Numbered from the stretch's first letter, positions 31,101-41,287 are shown. The stretch: DNA of 58,930 nucleotides from Candidatus Rokuibacteriota bacterium (GCA_044866005.1 JBIOTN010000156.1:1-58930), one strand, 5' to 3'. Numbers and translations are program-made. Notes: generated by a model from the letters alone, not told the origin.

Positions 31101-31261
31101 AGATGTTCCGGCAGGCGGCGATCCTCCTGCGCAAGCTCACGAGCCGGCCGGGGGTCGATCCCGGCCTCCAGCAGTGGGCGCGGCAGGCGCTCGCGCAGCT
31201 CGGGCCGATCACCGGCGAGGATCCGGCGCAGGCGTTGCGGAAGGGCGCGGCCAAGCCCTGA
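28166..31261 (+). CDS. Large exported TPR protein
   Basis: GTGA overlap with the upstream stop, signal-like segment, Pro-rich linker and many TPR-like helices (YPAHPY, FPKHPL, YPDTAW). Confidence 0.78.
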   Translation: MSRPSRPRSSGPALRRRGRRRACPALAAVVLLGLGGPVTARAASPRPVDLAVPELAVTVAPLPLNVAAPLLAPPAPPPPPLPALSALAPPLPRFLTAAAKPRPAVRDPGGFACTLLQLRGTPTLIDCGIHRLVERDLRGAREALEDAVVRGDGRIIAVAQFWLGEVAFGEGRHEEAERRYRAALAQGPPGDIGSQASLAVGWLALRRGDLPEAARALTQALAGGLSAPDALVVRFLDGITRLFAGRPADARAGWDAVLAAGPPPAIAEELLFWRGVAQARLGEREPALQGLERFIASASPRHPLLPDAIVQSGWVALERGAADDAVRRFLWAEREAPRPELRAQIRAGLARAYLALGDAGRARDEARRLAAESPRDPLRTMVLLLIADDAVRRDATAEALDAYRELLGLPLERELQEYATYRYAEALERQGATAEAQRQYVTLREQGQVEAIAQRAAYRLGLSALRLGRPVEARAEGEALLRAGVLAELREPVLLLAAEGAARADDPNRAVALFRLALRDQPTAPGAGVTRLVLGWALLRDGDPETALREWQQAALAADVEVAARANLAIADVALRQGRDAQALEALREFGKIAPGSPQADVVALNRGILLVRLADYAGAVQELEPLTPRLTVPSQQALLRRALGLARYQLGQYDVAERQFREAARWAPAELSSWLGAGLAALLQNRLTEADEALVRGRLAAAPEVAAPAAYALAMVARQRGDPVAFRERAVGFVDRYPAHPYASLLLYALVAAAVERGELDQADGFVKRLIKEQPKSDYVLDALVRLADGARVRPALARDTYGEMLARAKAPELRAEAWLGLADATLALGTAPEAQRAVEGFLSEAPPGDPRAPQALALLMRAHEAQGQRGRALATADSFLAQFPKHPLAPDVQLRRGYLLLVDRQWDAAQQALEAARLADEPAVAAAAQVYLGELHRSRDEHEPAIEAFLGATYLYPDTAWAARGLQGAAQSYMSLKMFRQAAILLRKLTSRPGVDPGLQQWARQALAQLGPITGEDPAQALRKGAAKP

Positions 31262-31298
31262 TGCGCCCGGGGGGCGTCCGCCTTCGAGCCCGACCGGC

Positions 31299-32537
31299 TC
31301 AGTGCGCGTTGGAGGGCGCGGCTTCCGCGGCGAGCTGGAAGGTGTCGTGGAGGGCGCGGACCGCCAGCTCCGTGTACTTGTCCTCGATCACGCACGACAC
31401 CGCGATCTCGGACGTCGAGATCATCTGGATGTTGATCCCCTCGCGCGAGAGCGTCTGGAACATCCGCGCCGCCACGCCGGAATGGCTGCGCATGCCGACC
31501 CCGACGATCGAGACCTTCGCGATGCGGTCGTCGTGCGCCACGCCCTCCGCGCCGATCCGCCGGGCGACGGCGGCGAGCACGCTCACGGCCTTCTCGCGAT
31601 CGGTGCGGGCCAGCGTGAAGGAGATGTCGGTGTAGCCGTCGCGGCTGATGTTCTGGACGATCATGTCCACGACGATCCCGTGGTCGGCCACCGCGCCGAA
31701 GACCTGGGCCGCGATCCCGGGCCGGTCCGGGACGCGCAGGATCGAGACCTTCGCCTGGCCCCGGTCATGCGTGACGCCGGTCACGATGACGGCTTCCATC
31801 CTCGGGTCCTCCCTGGTGACGAGCGTGCCGGGGTCGCTCTTGAAGCTCGAGCGGACGTGGACGGGGACGCCGTACTTCTTGGCGAACTCGACCGAGCGCG
31901 CCTGGAGCACCTTGGCGCCGAGGCTCGCCATCTCGAGCATCTCGTCGTAGGAGATCCGGCCGAGCTTCCGGGCCTCGGGCACGATGTTCGGGTCGGCCGT
32001 GTAGACGCCGTCCACGTCGGTGTGGATCTCGCAGACCTCCGCCCCCAGCGCCGCGGCCAGCGCGACGGCGGTGAGGTCCGACCCGCCACGGCCGAGCGTG
32101 GTGATGTCGTCCTCGGCCGTCGCGCCCTGGAAGCCGGCCACGATGGCCACGTGGCCGTCGTCGAGCGCGCGCCGGACCCGGTCCGCGTCGATCCCGATGA
32201 TGCGCGCGCGGGTGTGCGCGCCGTCGGTGCGGATCCCCGCCTGGTCGCCCGTGAAGGAGCGGGCCCGGAGGCCGAGCGTCTCGATCGCCATGGCCAGGAG
32301 CGCGATCGAGACCTGCTCGCCGGTCGCCAGGAGCATGTCGAGCTCGCGCTCGCTGGGGGTCGGCGTGATCTCGTGCGCGAGCTGGATGAGGCCGTCGGTG
32401 GTCTTGCCCATGGCCGAGACGACCGCCACGACGCGATGGCCGTCCTTCGCGGTGTCCGCCACGCGACGGGCCACGCCCTTGATCTTCTCGGCGTCGGCGA
32501 CCGACGAGCCGCCGTACTTCTGGACCACGAGGCTCAT
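31299..32537 (-). CDS. lysC: Aspartate kinase
   Basis: [27 protein letters not shown] and two ACT domains. Alternative start at 32549. Confidence 0.97.
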   Translation of the reverse strand: MSLVVQKYGGSSVADAEKIKGVARRVADTAKDGHRVVAVVSAMGKTTDGLIQLAHEITPTPSERELDMLLATGEQVSIALLAMAIETLGLRARSFTGDQAGIRTDGAHTRARIIGIDADRVRRALDDGHVAIVAGFQGATAEDDITTLGRGGSDLTAVALAAALGAEVCEIHTDVDGVYTADPNIVPEARKLGRISYDEMLEMASLGAKVLQARSVEFAKKYGVPVHVRSSFKSDPGTLVTREDPRMEAVIVTGVTHDRGQAKVSILRVPDRPGIAAQVFGAVADHGIVVDMIVQNISRDGYTDISFTLARTDREKAVSVLAAVARRIGAEGVAHDDRIAKVSIVGVGMRSHSGVAARMFQTLSREGINIQMISTSEIAVSCVIEDKYTELAVRALHDTFQLAAEAAPSNAH

Positions 32538-32573
32538 GGCGCTCGCCATGCTACCGCAGTGGCGCTGCGCCGT

Positions 32574-33276
32574 TCAACTCAACCCGGCCGTCCGCATTCG
32601 CGCCCACTCCCTGAGCCACTTCCCACCCCATTCATCGAAAAGCTCCAGGAGAAGTCCGCGGATGTGTTCGGCCTCCTTGATTCGCCACATGGTGCCCTCG
32701 GTGACGGTCCGAATCGCGTCGACGAGCTGTTGCAGCCTCGCCGTTGGCCGGGGGTTCTCTTGAAGCGTCTTGGTTGGCGGCAGCGCCCGGAACCGGAGCT
32801 GGCGGTCCTCGCCGAACTCCGTGATCACGCCGACGCCACAGAGGCCCGGGGAATCCGCCCCGGTCGACGCGAACCAGAACACAATCAGATCTCCCGGCTG
32901 CGGGGGCCTCCCGCCGAGCCGGTAAATCTTGCGGTCTGATTCGTTCCAAGGCCGGGGCAGCGGTCGCCCCTCCCGGACTTCGCGGCGGAAATCGTCACAT
33001 GTCCAATCATCTCGCTCGCGCATTTGATAGAGCCAGAACTCGGTTCGTCCGCGGCGCGGCAGTCCATGTACGGCGTAGTCAAGCAGGGCGGCGATCGGGA
33101 CACCGAGGGCGTCGGCGAGCCGGCGGGCGATGCCGGCGCTTATGCGTATGCGGGTGCCCGCCTCAAGCTGTGAGGTAGGCTTGCGAGATCCCCGCGTCTT
33201 TCGCCAAGAGGCTCTGCGATAGGCCGAGGGCCACGCGCTGGTGCTTGATCCAGACGCCGACGTGGTTCGATTTCAT
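32574..33276 (-). pseudogene. Frameshifted XRE-family HTH fused to an EVE/PUA-like domain
   Basis: ATG 33276 gives MKSNHVGVWIKHQRVALGLSQSLLAKDAGISQAYL, then a stop at 33165-33163. Shifting frame at ~33170 gives QLEAGTRIRISAGIARRLADALGVPIAALL, which is open into the 149-aa ORF 33023-32574. Confidence 0.75.
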
Positions 33277-33286
33277 GCGATGCGCG

Positions 33287-33315
33287 ATTATTGCTACTGC
33301 AATTGGACGAGTCAA
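33287..33315 (-). promoter_or_regulatory. Promoter/operator of the XRE gene
   Basis: TTGACT-N17-AATAAT with the palindrome ATTGC-N4-GCAAT (33290-33303) overlapping the spacer and -10. Confidence 0.5.
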
Positions 33316-33492
33316 GCCTGTAAGAGGATCGCGGCGCGCCCGGAAGCAGAAGACGGCGGCCCGGGCGCGTCCGGGGAGGGAGGAACTTCCCGGAGCACTG
33401 CCTGCGCCCGGACCGCCGCCTCATCCGTAGGACGGCCGGGCGCAACGGCTATTCCCGGGTGCGCCGGGCGTCAGTCGCCCGACGCCACGCTC

Positions 33493-34548
33493 CTAGAGGT
33501 TCATGGCCCCCAGGATGGCGTCGAGGCGCGGCGCGACGGTGGCGGGGCGGGTGGCGGCGCCGAGGGCGGACTCGGGGTCTTTGAGCCCGTGCCCGGTGAG
33601 GGTGAGGACGCAGGTGGCGCCGCTCTCCAGGCGGCCGGCCTTGGCCGACTTGATGAGGCCCGCGACGGCCGCGGCCGAGGCGGGCTCCATGAAGATCCCT
33701 TCTTCCCGCGCGAGCAGGCGGTAGGCCTGGAGGATCTCCTCGTCGGTGACGGCGTCCACCCAGCCCTCGGACTCGCGCACGGCCTGGACGGCCGGCTGCC
33801 AGGAGGCCGGGTTGCCGATCCGGATCGCGGTCGCGACGGTCCTGGGCTCCGGGATGACACGGTTCTCGACGAGCGGCGCCGCGCCCGCCGCCTGGAACCC
33901 CGCCATCCGCGGCAGCGACTTGGCCACCCCGGCCGCGCAGTATTCCTTGTAGCCCTTCCAGTAGGCCGTGATGTTCCCGGCATTGCCCACCGGGATCAGG
34001 TGGTAGTCGGGCGCGCGGCCGAGCTGGTCCACGACCTCGAAGGCTGCCGTCTTCTGGCCTTCGAGCCGGAACGGGTTGATCGAGTTCACGAGGGTGACCG
34101 GGTGCGAGGCCGCGATCTCCTTGACCAGCGTCAGCGCCTGGTCGAACGAGCCGTCCACCATCAGGACCGTCGCGCCGTGGATCGCCGCCTGCGAGAGCTT
34201 GCCGAGGGCCACCGCCCCCTTCGGGACGAGGACGAAGGCGCGCAGGCCGGCGCGCGCCGCGTACGCGGCCGCCGACGCCGAGGTGTTCCCCGTCGAGGCG
34301 CAGATGACGGCCCGCGCGCTCGCCTCGAGCGCCTTGGAGATCGCCAGCGTCATGCCACGGTCCTTGAACGACCCGGTCGGGTTGAACCCCTCGCACTTGA
34401 GGTACACGCGCACGGCGCCGCCGGCCGCGTCGGCGAGCCGCGGGGCCTCGAGGAGCGGGGTGTGGCCCTCCTGCAGCGTGACGACCGGCGTGCGCTCGCT
34501 GACGGGCAGGAAGCGGCGGTACTGTTCGACGACCCCCGGCCAGCGCAT
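33493..34548 (-). CDS. thrC: Threonine synthase
   Basis: [10 protein letters not shown] (PLP lysine), [15 protein letters not shown] and LTGHGLKD motifs. Confidence 0.97.
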   Translation of the reverse strand: MRWPGVVEQYRRFLPVSERTPVVTLQEGHTPLLEAPRLADAAGGAVRVYLKCEGFNPTGSFKDRGMTLAISKALEASARAVICASTGNTSASAAAYAARAGLRAFVLVPKGAVALGKLSQAAIHGATVLMVDGSFDQALTLVKEIAASHPVTLVNSINPFRLEGQKTAAFEVVDQLGRAPDYHLIPVGNAGNITAYWKGYKEYCAAGVAKSLPRMAGFQAAGAAPLVENRVIPEPRTVATAIRIGNPASWQPAVQAVRESEGWVDAVTDEEILQAYRLLAREEGIFMEPASAAAVAGLIKSAKAGRLESGATCVLTLTGHGLKDPESALGAATRPATVAPRLDAILGAMNL

Positions 34549-35852
34549 CAGCCCTGCTGGGTCTCCACGCGCAGCATGACGGTCGGCGCGGCGACGACGG
34601 GGAGCCGGTCGATCTCCTCGAGCGCGGTGCGCATGTTTCGTTCCCGCGCCTCGTGCGTCATCATCACGACCGGCACCGCCGCCGGCTCACCGCGCCCCTT
34701 CTGGATGACGGAGAGGATCGAGATGTCGTGGCGGCCGAGGAGTCCGGCGACCTGGGAGAGGACGCCCGGACGGTCCTGCGCCATGACGCGGAGGTAGTAG
34801 GCGGAGCGGATCTCCTCCATGGGCCGGAGGCGGAGGCCCGTGCCGACCAGGGGCAGGTCCTCCGGCAGGGCCGGGTGCTGATGGGCCAGGCGCCGCGCCA
34901 TCTCGATCGCGTCGGACCAGACGGCCGAGGCCGTCGGCATCTGCCCGGCCCCGCGACCGTAGAACATCTGGTCGCCCACCGCGTCACCCGAGACGAAGAT
35001 CGCGTTGAAGACGCCCGAGACCGCCGAGAGCGGCGAGCTGGCGGGGATCATCGTCGGGTGGACCCGGGCCTCGAGCGCCCCGTCGCTCGCCTTGGCGATC
35101 GCGAGCAGCTTGATCCGGTAGCCCAGCTCGCGGGCGTTCGCGATCTCCTCCGGGGTGATCGCGGTGATCCCCTCGGTGTGGATCTCCTTGAGGTCCACGG
35201 CCGCGCGGAAGGCGAGCGAGGCGAGGATCTGGAGCTTGTGGGCCGAGTCGATCCCTTCGATGTCGAGGGTCGGGTCGGCCTCGGCGTAGCCGGCGGCCTG
35301 GGCCTCGCGCAGGACCTCGCGGAACGCCCGCCCCTCGTCGGTCATCTTCGTGAGGATGAAGTTCGCCGTGCCGTTGACGATGCCGTAGAGCGACACGATC
35401 CGGTTCGCCGCGAGACCGTCCCGCAGCGCCCGGATGATCGGGACCCCGCCCGCCACGGCCGCCTCGAAGCCCAGCAGCACGCCGCGCCGGCGCGCCTCCT
35501 CGAAGAGCTCCGGGCCGTGCGTGGCGATCAACGCCTTGTTCGCGGTCACGACGTGCTTGCCGGCGGCCATGGCGCGGAGGATGAAGGTGCGCGCCGGCTC
35601 GAGACCGCCGATCAGCTCGATGACGACGGCGACGCCGGGGTCTCCGAGGACGCGATCGGTGTCCGTGGTCAGCGGCCAGTCGGCGAGCGTCAGCCCGGCG
35701 CGCGGCGTCGTGATGTCGCGGTCCGCGACCGCGGCGATGCGGAGGCGGCAGCCCGCCTTGGCTTCGAGGCCGGCGCGGTTCTGCCGGTAGATCTTCAGCA
35801 CGCCACCGCCGACCGTGCCGATGCCGAGGAGGCCGATCCCGATCTCGCCCAT
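34548..35852 (-). CDS. hom: Homoserine dehydrogenase with ACT domain
   Basis: [38 protein letters not shown] and GRGAG motifs. Confidence 0.97.
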   Translation of the reverse strand: MGEIGIGLLGIGTVGGGVLKIYRQNRAGLEAKAGCRLRIAAVADRDITTPRAGLTLADWPLTTDTDRVLGDPGVAVVIELIGGLEPARTFILRAMAAGKHVVTANKALIATHGPELFEEARRRGVLLGFEAAVAGGVPIIRALRDGLAANRIVSLYGIVNGTANFILTKMTDEGRAFREVLREAQAAGYAEADPTLDIEGIDSAHKLQILASLAFRAAVDLKEIHTEGITAITPEEIANARELGYRIKLLAIAKASDGALEARVHPTMIPASSPLSAVSGVFNAIFVSGDAVGDQMFYGRGAGQMPTASAVWSDAIEMARRLAHQHPALPEDLPLVGTGLRLRPMEEIRSAYYLRVMAQDRPGVLSQVAGLLGRHDISILSVIQKGRGEPAAVPVVMMTHEARERNMRTALEEIDRLPVVAAPTVMLRVETQQG

Positions 35853-35866
35853 GTCAGAGCCCGGCG

Positions 35867-37036
35867 CTAGCCGAGGAAGGCCTTGATGCCCCGCACCGCC
35901 TGCCGGATGCGGTGCTCGTTCTCCACCAGCGCGAAGCGGACGAAGCCCTCGCCGTACTCCCCGAAGCCGATGCCGGGCGACACGGCGACCTTGGCCTCGG
36001 TGAGGAGGAGCTTGGCGAACTCGAGCGAGCCGAGGCCGCGGTAGGCGTCGGGGATCGGCGCCCAGACGAACATCGTCCCGCGAGGCTTCTCGACCTTCCA
36101 CCCGATCCGGCTCAGGCCGTCGACGAGGACGTCGCGTCGCTTGCGGTAGGTCTCGACGACCTCGGTGACACAGGCCTGCGGCCCCTCGAGCGCGACGATG
36201 CCGGCGATCTGGATCGGCTGGAACACGCCGTAGTCCAGGTACGACTTCATCCGGGCGAGCGCGTTGACCATCCGCGGGTTCCCGCAGGCGAACCCCAGAC
36301 GCCAGCCGGCCATGTTGTACGACTTCGTCAGGGAGAAGAACTCGACCGCCACGTCCTTGGCGCCCGGGACCGCCAGGAACGACGGCGGACGGTAGCCGTC
36401 GAAGGTGAGGTCGGCATAGGTGAAGTCGTGGATGACCCACAAGTGGTGCTCGCGGACGAAGGCGACGACCTGCTCGAAGAAGCTCCGATCGGTGACCTCC
36501 GTCGTGGGGTTGTGGGGGAAGTTGAGCAGGAGTCCCTTCGGCTTGGGCCAGGCGAGCCGGACGGCCTCCTCCAGCCGGGCGAAGAAGTCCGCGCCCGGGC
36601 TGAGCGGCACCGAGCGCAGGTCGCCGTCGGCGATGACGACGGAGTAGGCGTGGATCGGATACGCCGGGTTCGGGACGAGCACGGCGTCACCCGGCTGGAG
36701 CAGCGCGAGCACCAGGTGCGCGAGCCCTTCCTTCGAGCCGATCGTCGCGACGGCCTCGCTCTCCGGGTCGAGCTCGACGCCGAAGCGCTGCCGGTACCAG
36801 GTGCAGATCGCCACCCGGAGCCGGCGGATCCCCTTCGAGGCGGAGTAGCGGTGGTTGCGGGGATTCCGCGCCGCCTCGATCAGCTTGTCGACGATGTGGG
36901 GCGGCGTCGGGAGGTCGGGATTGCCCATCCCGAGGTCCACGATGTCCTCGCCCCGCGCGCGCGCCTTGACCTTGAGGTCGGTGACGATGGCGAAGACGTA
37001 GGGGGGGAGCCGCTTGATCCGGTAGAACTCTTCCAC
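35867..37036 (-). CDS. alaC: Class I/II PLP aminotransferase (AlaC/YfdZ-like)
   Basis: [32 protein letters not shown] and KSYLDYG motifs. Confidence 0.85.
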   Translation of the reverse strand: MEEFYRIKRLPPYVFAIVTDLKVKARARGEDIVDLGMGNPDLPTPPHIVDKLIEAARNPRNHRYSASKGIRRLRVAICTWYRQRFGVELDPESEAVATIGSKEGLAHLVLALLQPGDAVLVPNPAYPIHAYSVVIADGDLRSVPLSPGADFFARLEEAVRLAWPKPKGLLLNFPHNPTTEVTDRSFFEQVVAFVREHHLWVIHDFTYADLTFDGYRPPSFLAVPGAKDVAVEFFSLTKSYNMAGWRLGFACGNPRMVNALARMKSYLDYGVFQPIQIAGIVALEGPQACVTEVVETYRKRRDVLVDGLSRIGWKVEKPRGTMFVWAPIPDAYRGLGSLEFAKLLLTEAKVAVSPGIGFGEYGEGFVRFALVENEHRIRQAVRGIKAFLG

Positions 37037-37123
37037 GAGGGTTGCCTCTCTCTTCCTCCCGACCAGCGCGTCCGATCCGGGCAGCGAACGGGGGACGAGG
37101 TCGATCCTCGGCGGGACGGCTCG

Positions 37124-37153
37124 ATCATAGCCCGGCGGCGCCGAACGTGTCAA
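37124..37153 (-). promoter_or_regulatory. Sigma70 promoter of alaC-hom-thrC
   Basis: TTGACA(37153-37148)-N18-TATGAT(37129-37124). Confidence 0.75.
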
Positions 37154-37186
37154 TTTTCCGCCGTTTTTCACGTCGGCGTGCTTCGT

Positions 37187-40100
37187 TCAGAGGGAGATCC
37201 CCAGCTCGCGGAGCCTGGTCGCCGCCCGCGCCGCGTAGCGCTCCACGGAGAGCGCTCGGAAGAGGTCGTGAGCCGCCCGGAGGTGCGCCGCGGCGGCGCC
37301 CGCCTGGCCGCGCGCGTGCGTCACCTCCGCCAGGGCGAGGTGGCTCCGGCCCGCCATGAGACGGGCCTGCAGCGCGTCGAAGGCGCGGAGCGCCTCGCTC
37401 AGCTGCAGCTCGGCGTCGGCCAGGCGGCCCTCGCGCCACGCCAGCCGTCCCAGCGCCTGTCGGGCCCACGCGACGCCGTAGCGGTAGTCGGCCTCGCGCG
37501 TGATCTCGAGCCCCTGCTCGAGGAGCTCGCGCGCCTTCCCGAGCTGGCCGCTCGCGAGGTAGGCCTCGCCGAGAAATGTCGCGAAGCGCCCCTCGAGCCG
37601 GCGGAACCTGAACTGCCGCACCTGCGCCAGTGACTGCTCGAGCAGCGGGATGGCCTCCACGGCGTCGCCCCGCTCGACGTGGACGTAGCCGAGGTGCCCG
37701 AGCGCCACCGCGGTGTTGAGCGGGTCGATGGCGCGATCGAGCGCGCGGCGGCACGCCTCGATCCCCGCGTCGGGGTCGCCGGCCAGGGCCTGGATCCACC
37801 CCGCGCTCCAGGTCGCGTAGCTCTGGAGCCGAGGGTCGCCCATCGCCTCGCCGACCGCCAGGGCCTGGTGCTGGGCGCGGAGCGCCGGCGCCAGATCGCC
37901 GATGGCGATGTGGTTGATGCCGACCACCCAGTGGGCCAGGCCGAGCCACCACCGGTCCCCCGCGTGCTCGAGCAGGTCGACGGCGCGCCGACCGTGCTCG
38001 ATGCCCCGGGCCGGCTCGCCGAACCAGTGGCTCTCCTGGGCCAGGACCACGTAGGTCTTCCCGAGGGTCGCCTTGTCGCCCCAGCGCTCCGCCTCGGCGA
38101 GCGCGCGCGCCGCGCTCGCCTCCGCCTGTGCGTGATCGCCGAGGTAGCTGTAGGTGTGGGCCAGCCAGAAGTGGTAGACGCCCGACGCGGGCAGGTCCGG
38201 CCGCTCCAGACGCGGCCGCTCGCGGAGGAGGAGCGCCAGGGCCTCGGGGAAGCGGCCGAGGAAGGACAGGGAATGGGTCTGCCGGAGCAGCAACTCCACC
38301 ACCGTGCCGCCCCGGGCCTCCGCCGGCAGGCGCTCGGCGTGCGAGAGCGCCTCGTCCAGGGCCGCCACCGCCTCGGCGTGCGCGTGGCTGCGCGCGGCCT
38401 TGTCGGCCAGGAGGGTCAGGTACTCGACCGCCTTGTCGGCCTGCTTGGCCTTCGAGTAGTGATAGGCCAGCCGGGCGTACGCCTCCTCGAGGCGCTCCGC
38501 GTAGAGCCGCTCGAGCGCGCGGCCGGCCGCGGCGTGGAGCTTCTGGCGCTCGGCCACCGGCAGGCTCTCCCGGGCGACCTCCCGCGTGAGCGCGTGCTTG
38601 AAGACGTAGACGGGCTCCGTCGCATCGCTCTGCTCGTAGAGGAACTCCAGCCGCATGAGCTCCTGGAGGCTCGCGTCGAACCCCGGCGAGTCGCCCCAGA
38701 CGGCGCGCAGAAACCAGGCGGAGACCTCGCGGCCGAGGATCGCCGTCGTCTGCAGGAGCCGGCGCGGCTCGGCGGGCAGCCGGTCGATCCGGGCCACCAG
38801 CACCTCCTGCACCGTGTCCGGCACCGTGCCCGGGGCTCCCAGGTCGCCGCGCTCGACCAGGGAGCGCGCCAGCTCCTCGAGGAAGAACGGGTTCCCCTCG
38901 GCCTTCCCGAGGATGACCTGGGCGACCGGGTGAGGCACCTCCTCGGTCTGCATGACGGACCGGACCACCGCGAGACTGTCGTGGGGCGCGAGCGGCTGGA
39001 GCGCCGTCTGCGTCGCGTAGGACCGGCCGATCCAGGGCGGCCCGTACCCGGGGCGGTAGGTGAAGACGAGCAGGATGGCCGCCCCCGTCAGCCCGTCGGC
39101 CAGCCACGCGAAGAACTCTTCCGAGCTCCGGTCGATCCAGTGGACGTTCTCCACCGCGACGACCAGGGGGTGACGGCGGCTCTCGCTCAACAGGAGCTGC
39201 CGGACGGTCTCGAACCGCCGCGCCTTGATCGCCTCGGGGCTCAGGACGTCGAGCCCCTCGGTCCCCTCCTTGATGCCGAGCAGGTGCAGCAGATAGGGCG
39301 CGCGCTCCGCGGGGCGGAGCCCCACGCGCTCGAGGCCGTGGCGCACCTTCTCCACGATGGCCTCGGGCGTGTCGGCCTCGGCGATCCCGCAGAAGCCGCG
39401 GAGGAGGTCGAGCATGGGGACATAGGGGGTCGTGGTCGCGTAGGACTGGCACTGTCCTTCCAGGTACGCGATCCGTCGGGCCGCCAGGCGCTGGCGAAAC
39501 TCGAAGAGCAGGCGCGACTTCCCGATGCCGGCCTCGCCTCCGATGCCCACCACCTGGCCCCGCCCCTCGATGGCCGAGCCCAGGCGGCTCTCGAGCAGGT
39601 CGAGGTCGTGGCCGCGGCCGACGAAGCGCCCGAGGCGCGGCCCGAGCCCGAGGCCGGTCCGCTCGAGGCCGGCCAGCCGGTAGGCGGGGCCCAGCGCGCC
39701 GGGGAGGGCGCCGACCGGTTCCAGCTCGAATCCGCGCTCGAGCGACGGGGCGGCGCCCGCGCTGACGAGGATGGCCCCGGCCTCCGCGCGCGCGGCCAGC
39801 GCCCGGAGGAGGCCCCAGGCTTCGCGCTTGGCGTCGAGGTCGATCTGGGCGGCGCCGGTCACCTCGCCGACCAGGTACTGGCCGGCATGGACCGCGAGCC
39901 GCACCGGGATCGCCTCCGACGTCGCGCGCCGGGCCCGCTCGGCGACTTTCTGGATCGCCATCGCGGCGTGGGCGGCGCGCCGCGGCGCGTCCTCGACGGG
40001 CTCGAGGCCGAAGGCGGCCACGAGGCCCGTCGGGCCCAGCTCGTCGGTCCGGCCGCCGAAGCTCTGGACCTTCTCCACCACGAGCTCGAGGGCGCGCGTC

Positions 40101-41287
40101 GCCTCGGGCGCCGGCTCCGCGTCGGGCTCGCCGGCGAGCGCCACGTGGAGCAGCGCGACATGCCGCCGCTCCCAGCGGACGCCGCGCGGCAGCGGCATCG
40201 GGACCGGGGCGGGCGCGGCCGGGGCGACGGGCGCGGGCCGGACCGGGGCCGGGGCGGGGGCCGTCCGCTCGGGGCGCCGGCGTGCCGGCGCGGCCGTCTC
40301 CGGGCGCAGGCCGTGCTTCTTGATCCGGTACCGCAGGGTGTTGCGGGGAAGCCTGAGCCGCGCGGCGGCGCGCGAGACGTTCCAGCCCGTCTCGCGGAGC
40401 GCCTCGACGAGCTCGTCGCGCTCCCGCTGGAGGCGGGCCACGGCGTCGTCACCCCCCATCGCCGCGGGCGCGGGCCCGGCTCCCGCCGCGCCCGGCGCCG
40501 ACGCGGCGGGCGCGTCCGGCAGCCTCAGCATCTCGGCCGTCACGAGCCGCGCCTCGGCGAAGAGGGCCACGCGCTCCATGACGTTGCCGAGCTCGCGGAT
40601 GTTGCCCGGCCACGGGTAGGCGAGCAGGACCGCCCGCGTGTCCGGCGCCAGCGCCTTTGGCGGCAGATCGTAATCGGCGCAGGCCCGCGCGAGGAAGCGC
40701 TCCGCCAGGACGAGCACGTCCTCTCCGCGCTCCCGGAGGGGCGGCAGCGTGAGCGTCACGACGGCCAGCCGATGGTAGAGATCCTCCCGGAACCGGCCCT
40801 GGCGCGTGGCGTCCGTGAGGTCTTCGTTGCTCGCCGCGATGAGCCAGACGTCCGCGGGCTCGCTGCGCGTGCTGCCGAGCGGACGCACGGCGCGCTCCTC
40901 GATGACCGTGAGGAGCTTGCCCTGGAGGCCCTCGGGCAGGAGCCCGATCTCGTCGAGGAAGAGGCTCCCCCGATGCGCCGTCTGGAAGAGACCGGGCTTG
41001 GCTCGCCGGGCGTCGGTGAACGCGCCGCGCTCGAAGCCGAAGAGCTCGGCCTCGAGCAGGGTCTCGGGGATCGCCGCGCAGTTGACGTCGACGAACGGCC
41101 CGCTCCGACGCGGGCCCATCCGGTGGATCGCGCGCGCGAGGAGCCCCTTGCCCGTTCCCGTCTCGCCCTGGATCAGGATCGGCGGGAGTCGCCGGGCATC
41201 GGAGTGGCGCTGGAGGAGCCGGCCGACCGTCTCCCGGACGGCGCGGATGCCGGTGCTCTCGCCGATCAGCTCTTCGAGGGGGGTCAT
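37187..41287 (-). CDS. Sigma54 activator AAA+ / Fis-HTH / degenerate cyclase / STAND ATPase / TPR fusion, copy 1
   Basis: GETGTGKG, ELFGFERGAFTDA, LFLDEIG, FREDLYHRL, WPGNIREL and HTH WNVSRAAARLRLPRNTLRYRIKK. Second Walker A GEAGIGKS, ENVHWID, GNPFFLEE, then TPRs. Confidence 0.92.
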   Translation of the reverse strand: MTPLEELIGESTGIRAVRETVGRLLQRHSDARRLPPILIQGETGTGKGLLARAIHRMGPRRSGPFVDVNCAAIPETLLEAELFGFERGAFTDARRAKPGLFQTAHRGSLFLDEIGLLPEGLQGKLLTVIEERAVRPLGSTRSEPADVWLIAASNEDLTDATRQGRFREDLYHRLAVVTLTLPPLRERGEDVLVLAERFLARACADYDLPPKALAPDTRAVLLAYPWPGNIRELGNVMERVALFAEARLVTAEMLRLPDAPAASAPGAAGAGPAPAAMGGDDAVARLQRERDELVEALRETGWNVSRAAARLRLPRNTLRYRIKKHGLRPETAAPARRRPERTAPAPAPVRPAPVAPAAPAPVPMPLPRGVRWERRHVALLHVALAGEPDAEPAPEATRALELVVEKVQSFGGRTDELGPTGLVAAFGLEPVEDAPRRAAHAAMAIQKVAERARRATSEAIPVRLAVHAGQYLVGEVTGAAQIDLDAKREAWGLLRALAARAEAGAILVSAGAAPSLERGFELEPVGALPGALGPAYRLAGLERTGLGLGPRLGRFVGRGHDLDLLESRLGSAIEGRGQVVGIGGEAGIGKSRLLFEFRQRLAARRIAYLEGQCQSYATTTPYVPMLDLLRGFCGIAEADTPEAIVEKVRHGLERVGLRPAERAPYLLHLLGIKEGTEGLDVLSPEAIKARRFETVRQLLLSESRRHPLVVAVENVHWIDRSSEEFFAWLADGLTGAAILLVFTYRPGYGPPWIGRSYATQTALQPLAPHDSLAVVRSVMQTEEVPHPVAQVILGKAEGNPFFLEELARSLVERGDLGAPGTVPDTVQEVLVARIDRLPAEPRRLLQTTAILGREVSAWFLRAVWGDSPGFDASLQELMRLEFLYEQSDATEPVYVFKHALTREVARESLPVAERQKLHAAAGRALERLYAERLEEAYARLAYHYSKAKQADKAVEYLTLLADKAARSHAHAEAVAALDEALSHAERLPAEARGGTVVELLLRQTHSLSFLGRFPEALALLLRERPRLERPDLPASGVYHFWLAHTYSYLGDHAQAEASAARALAEAERWGDKATLGKTYVVLAQESHWFGEPARGIEHGRRAVDLLEHAGDRWWLGLAHWVVGINHIAIGDLAPALRAQHQALAVGEAMGDPRLQSYATWSAGWIQALAGDPDAGIEACRRALDRAIDPLNTAVALGHLGYVHVERGDAVEAIPLLEQSLAQVRQFRFRRLEGRFATFLGEAYLASGQLGKARELLEQGLEITREADYRYGVAWARQALGRLAWREGRLADAELQLSEALRAFDALQARLMAGRSHLALAEVTHARGQAGAAAAHLRAAHDLFRALSVERYAARAATRLRELGISL

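Noticed and set aside
33340..33490. GC-rich stem-loops after thrC as a riboswitch, tRNA or att site
   Set aside because: No recognisable lysine riboswitch, T-box or cloverleaf motifs. The pairing is explicable by GC content.
32550..33490. Islet as an IS or prophage remnant
   Set aside because: No transposase, integrase, terminal inverted repeats or target duplication were seen.
41000..41045. GAFTDA instead of GAFTGA as a sign of sigma54 independence
   Set aside because: The key Phe and Thr of loop 1 are retained, and both genes face good -24/-12 promoters.
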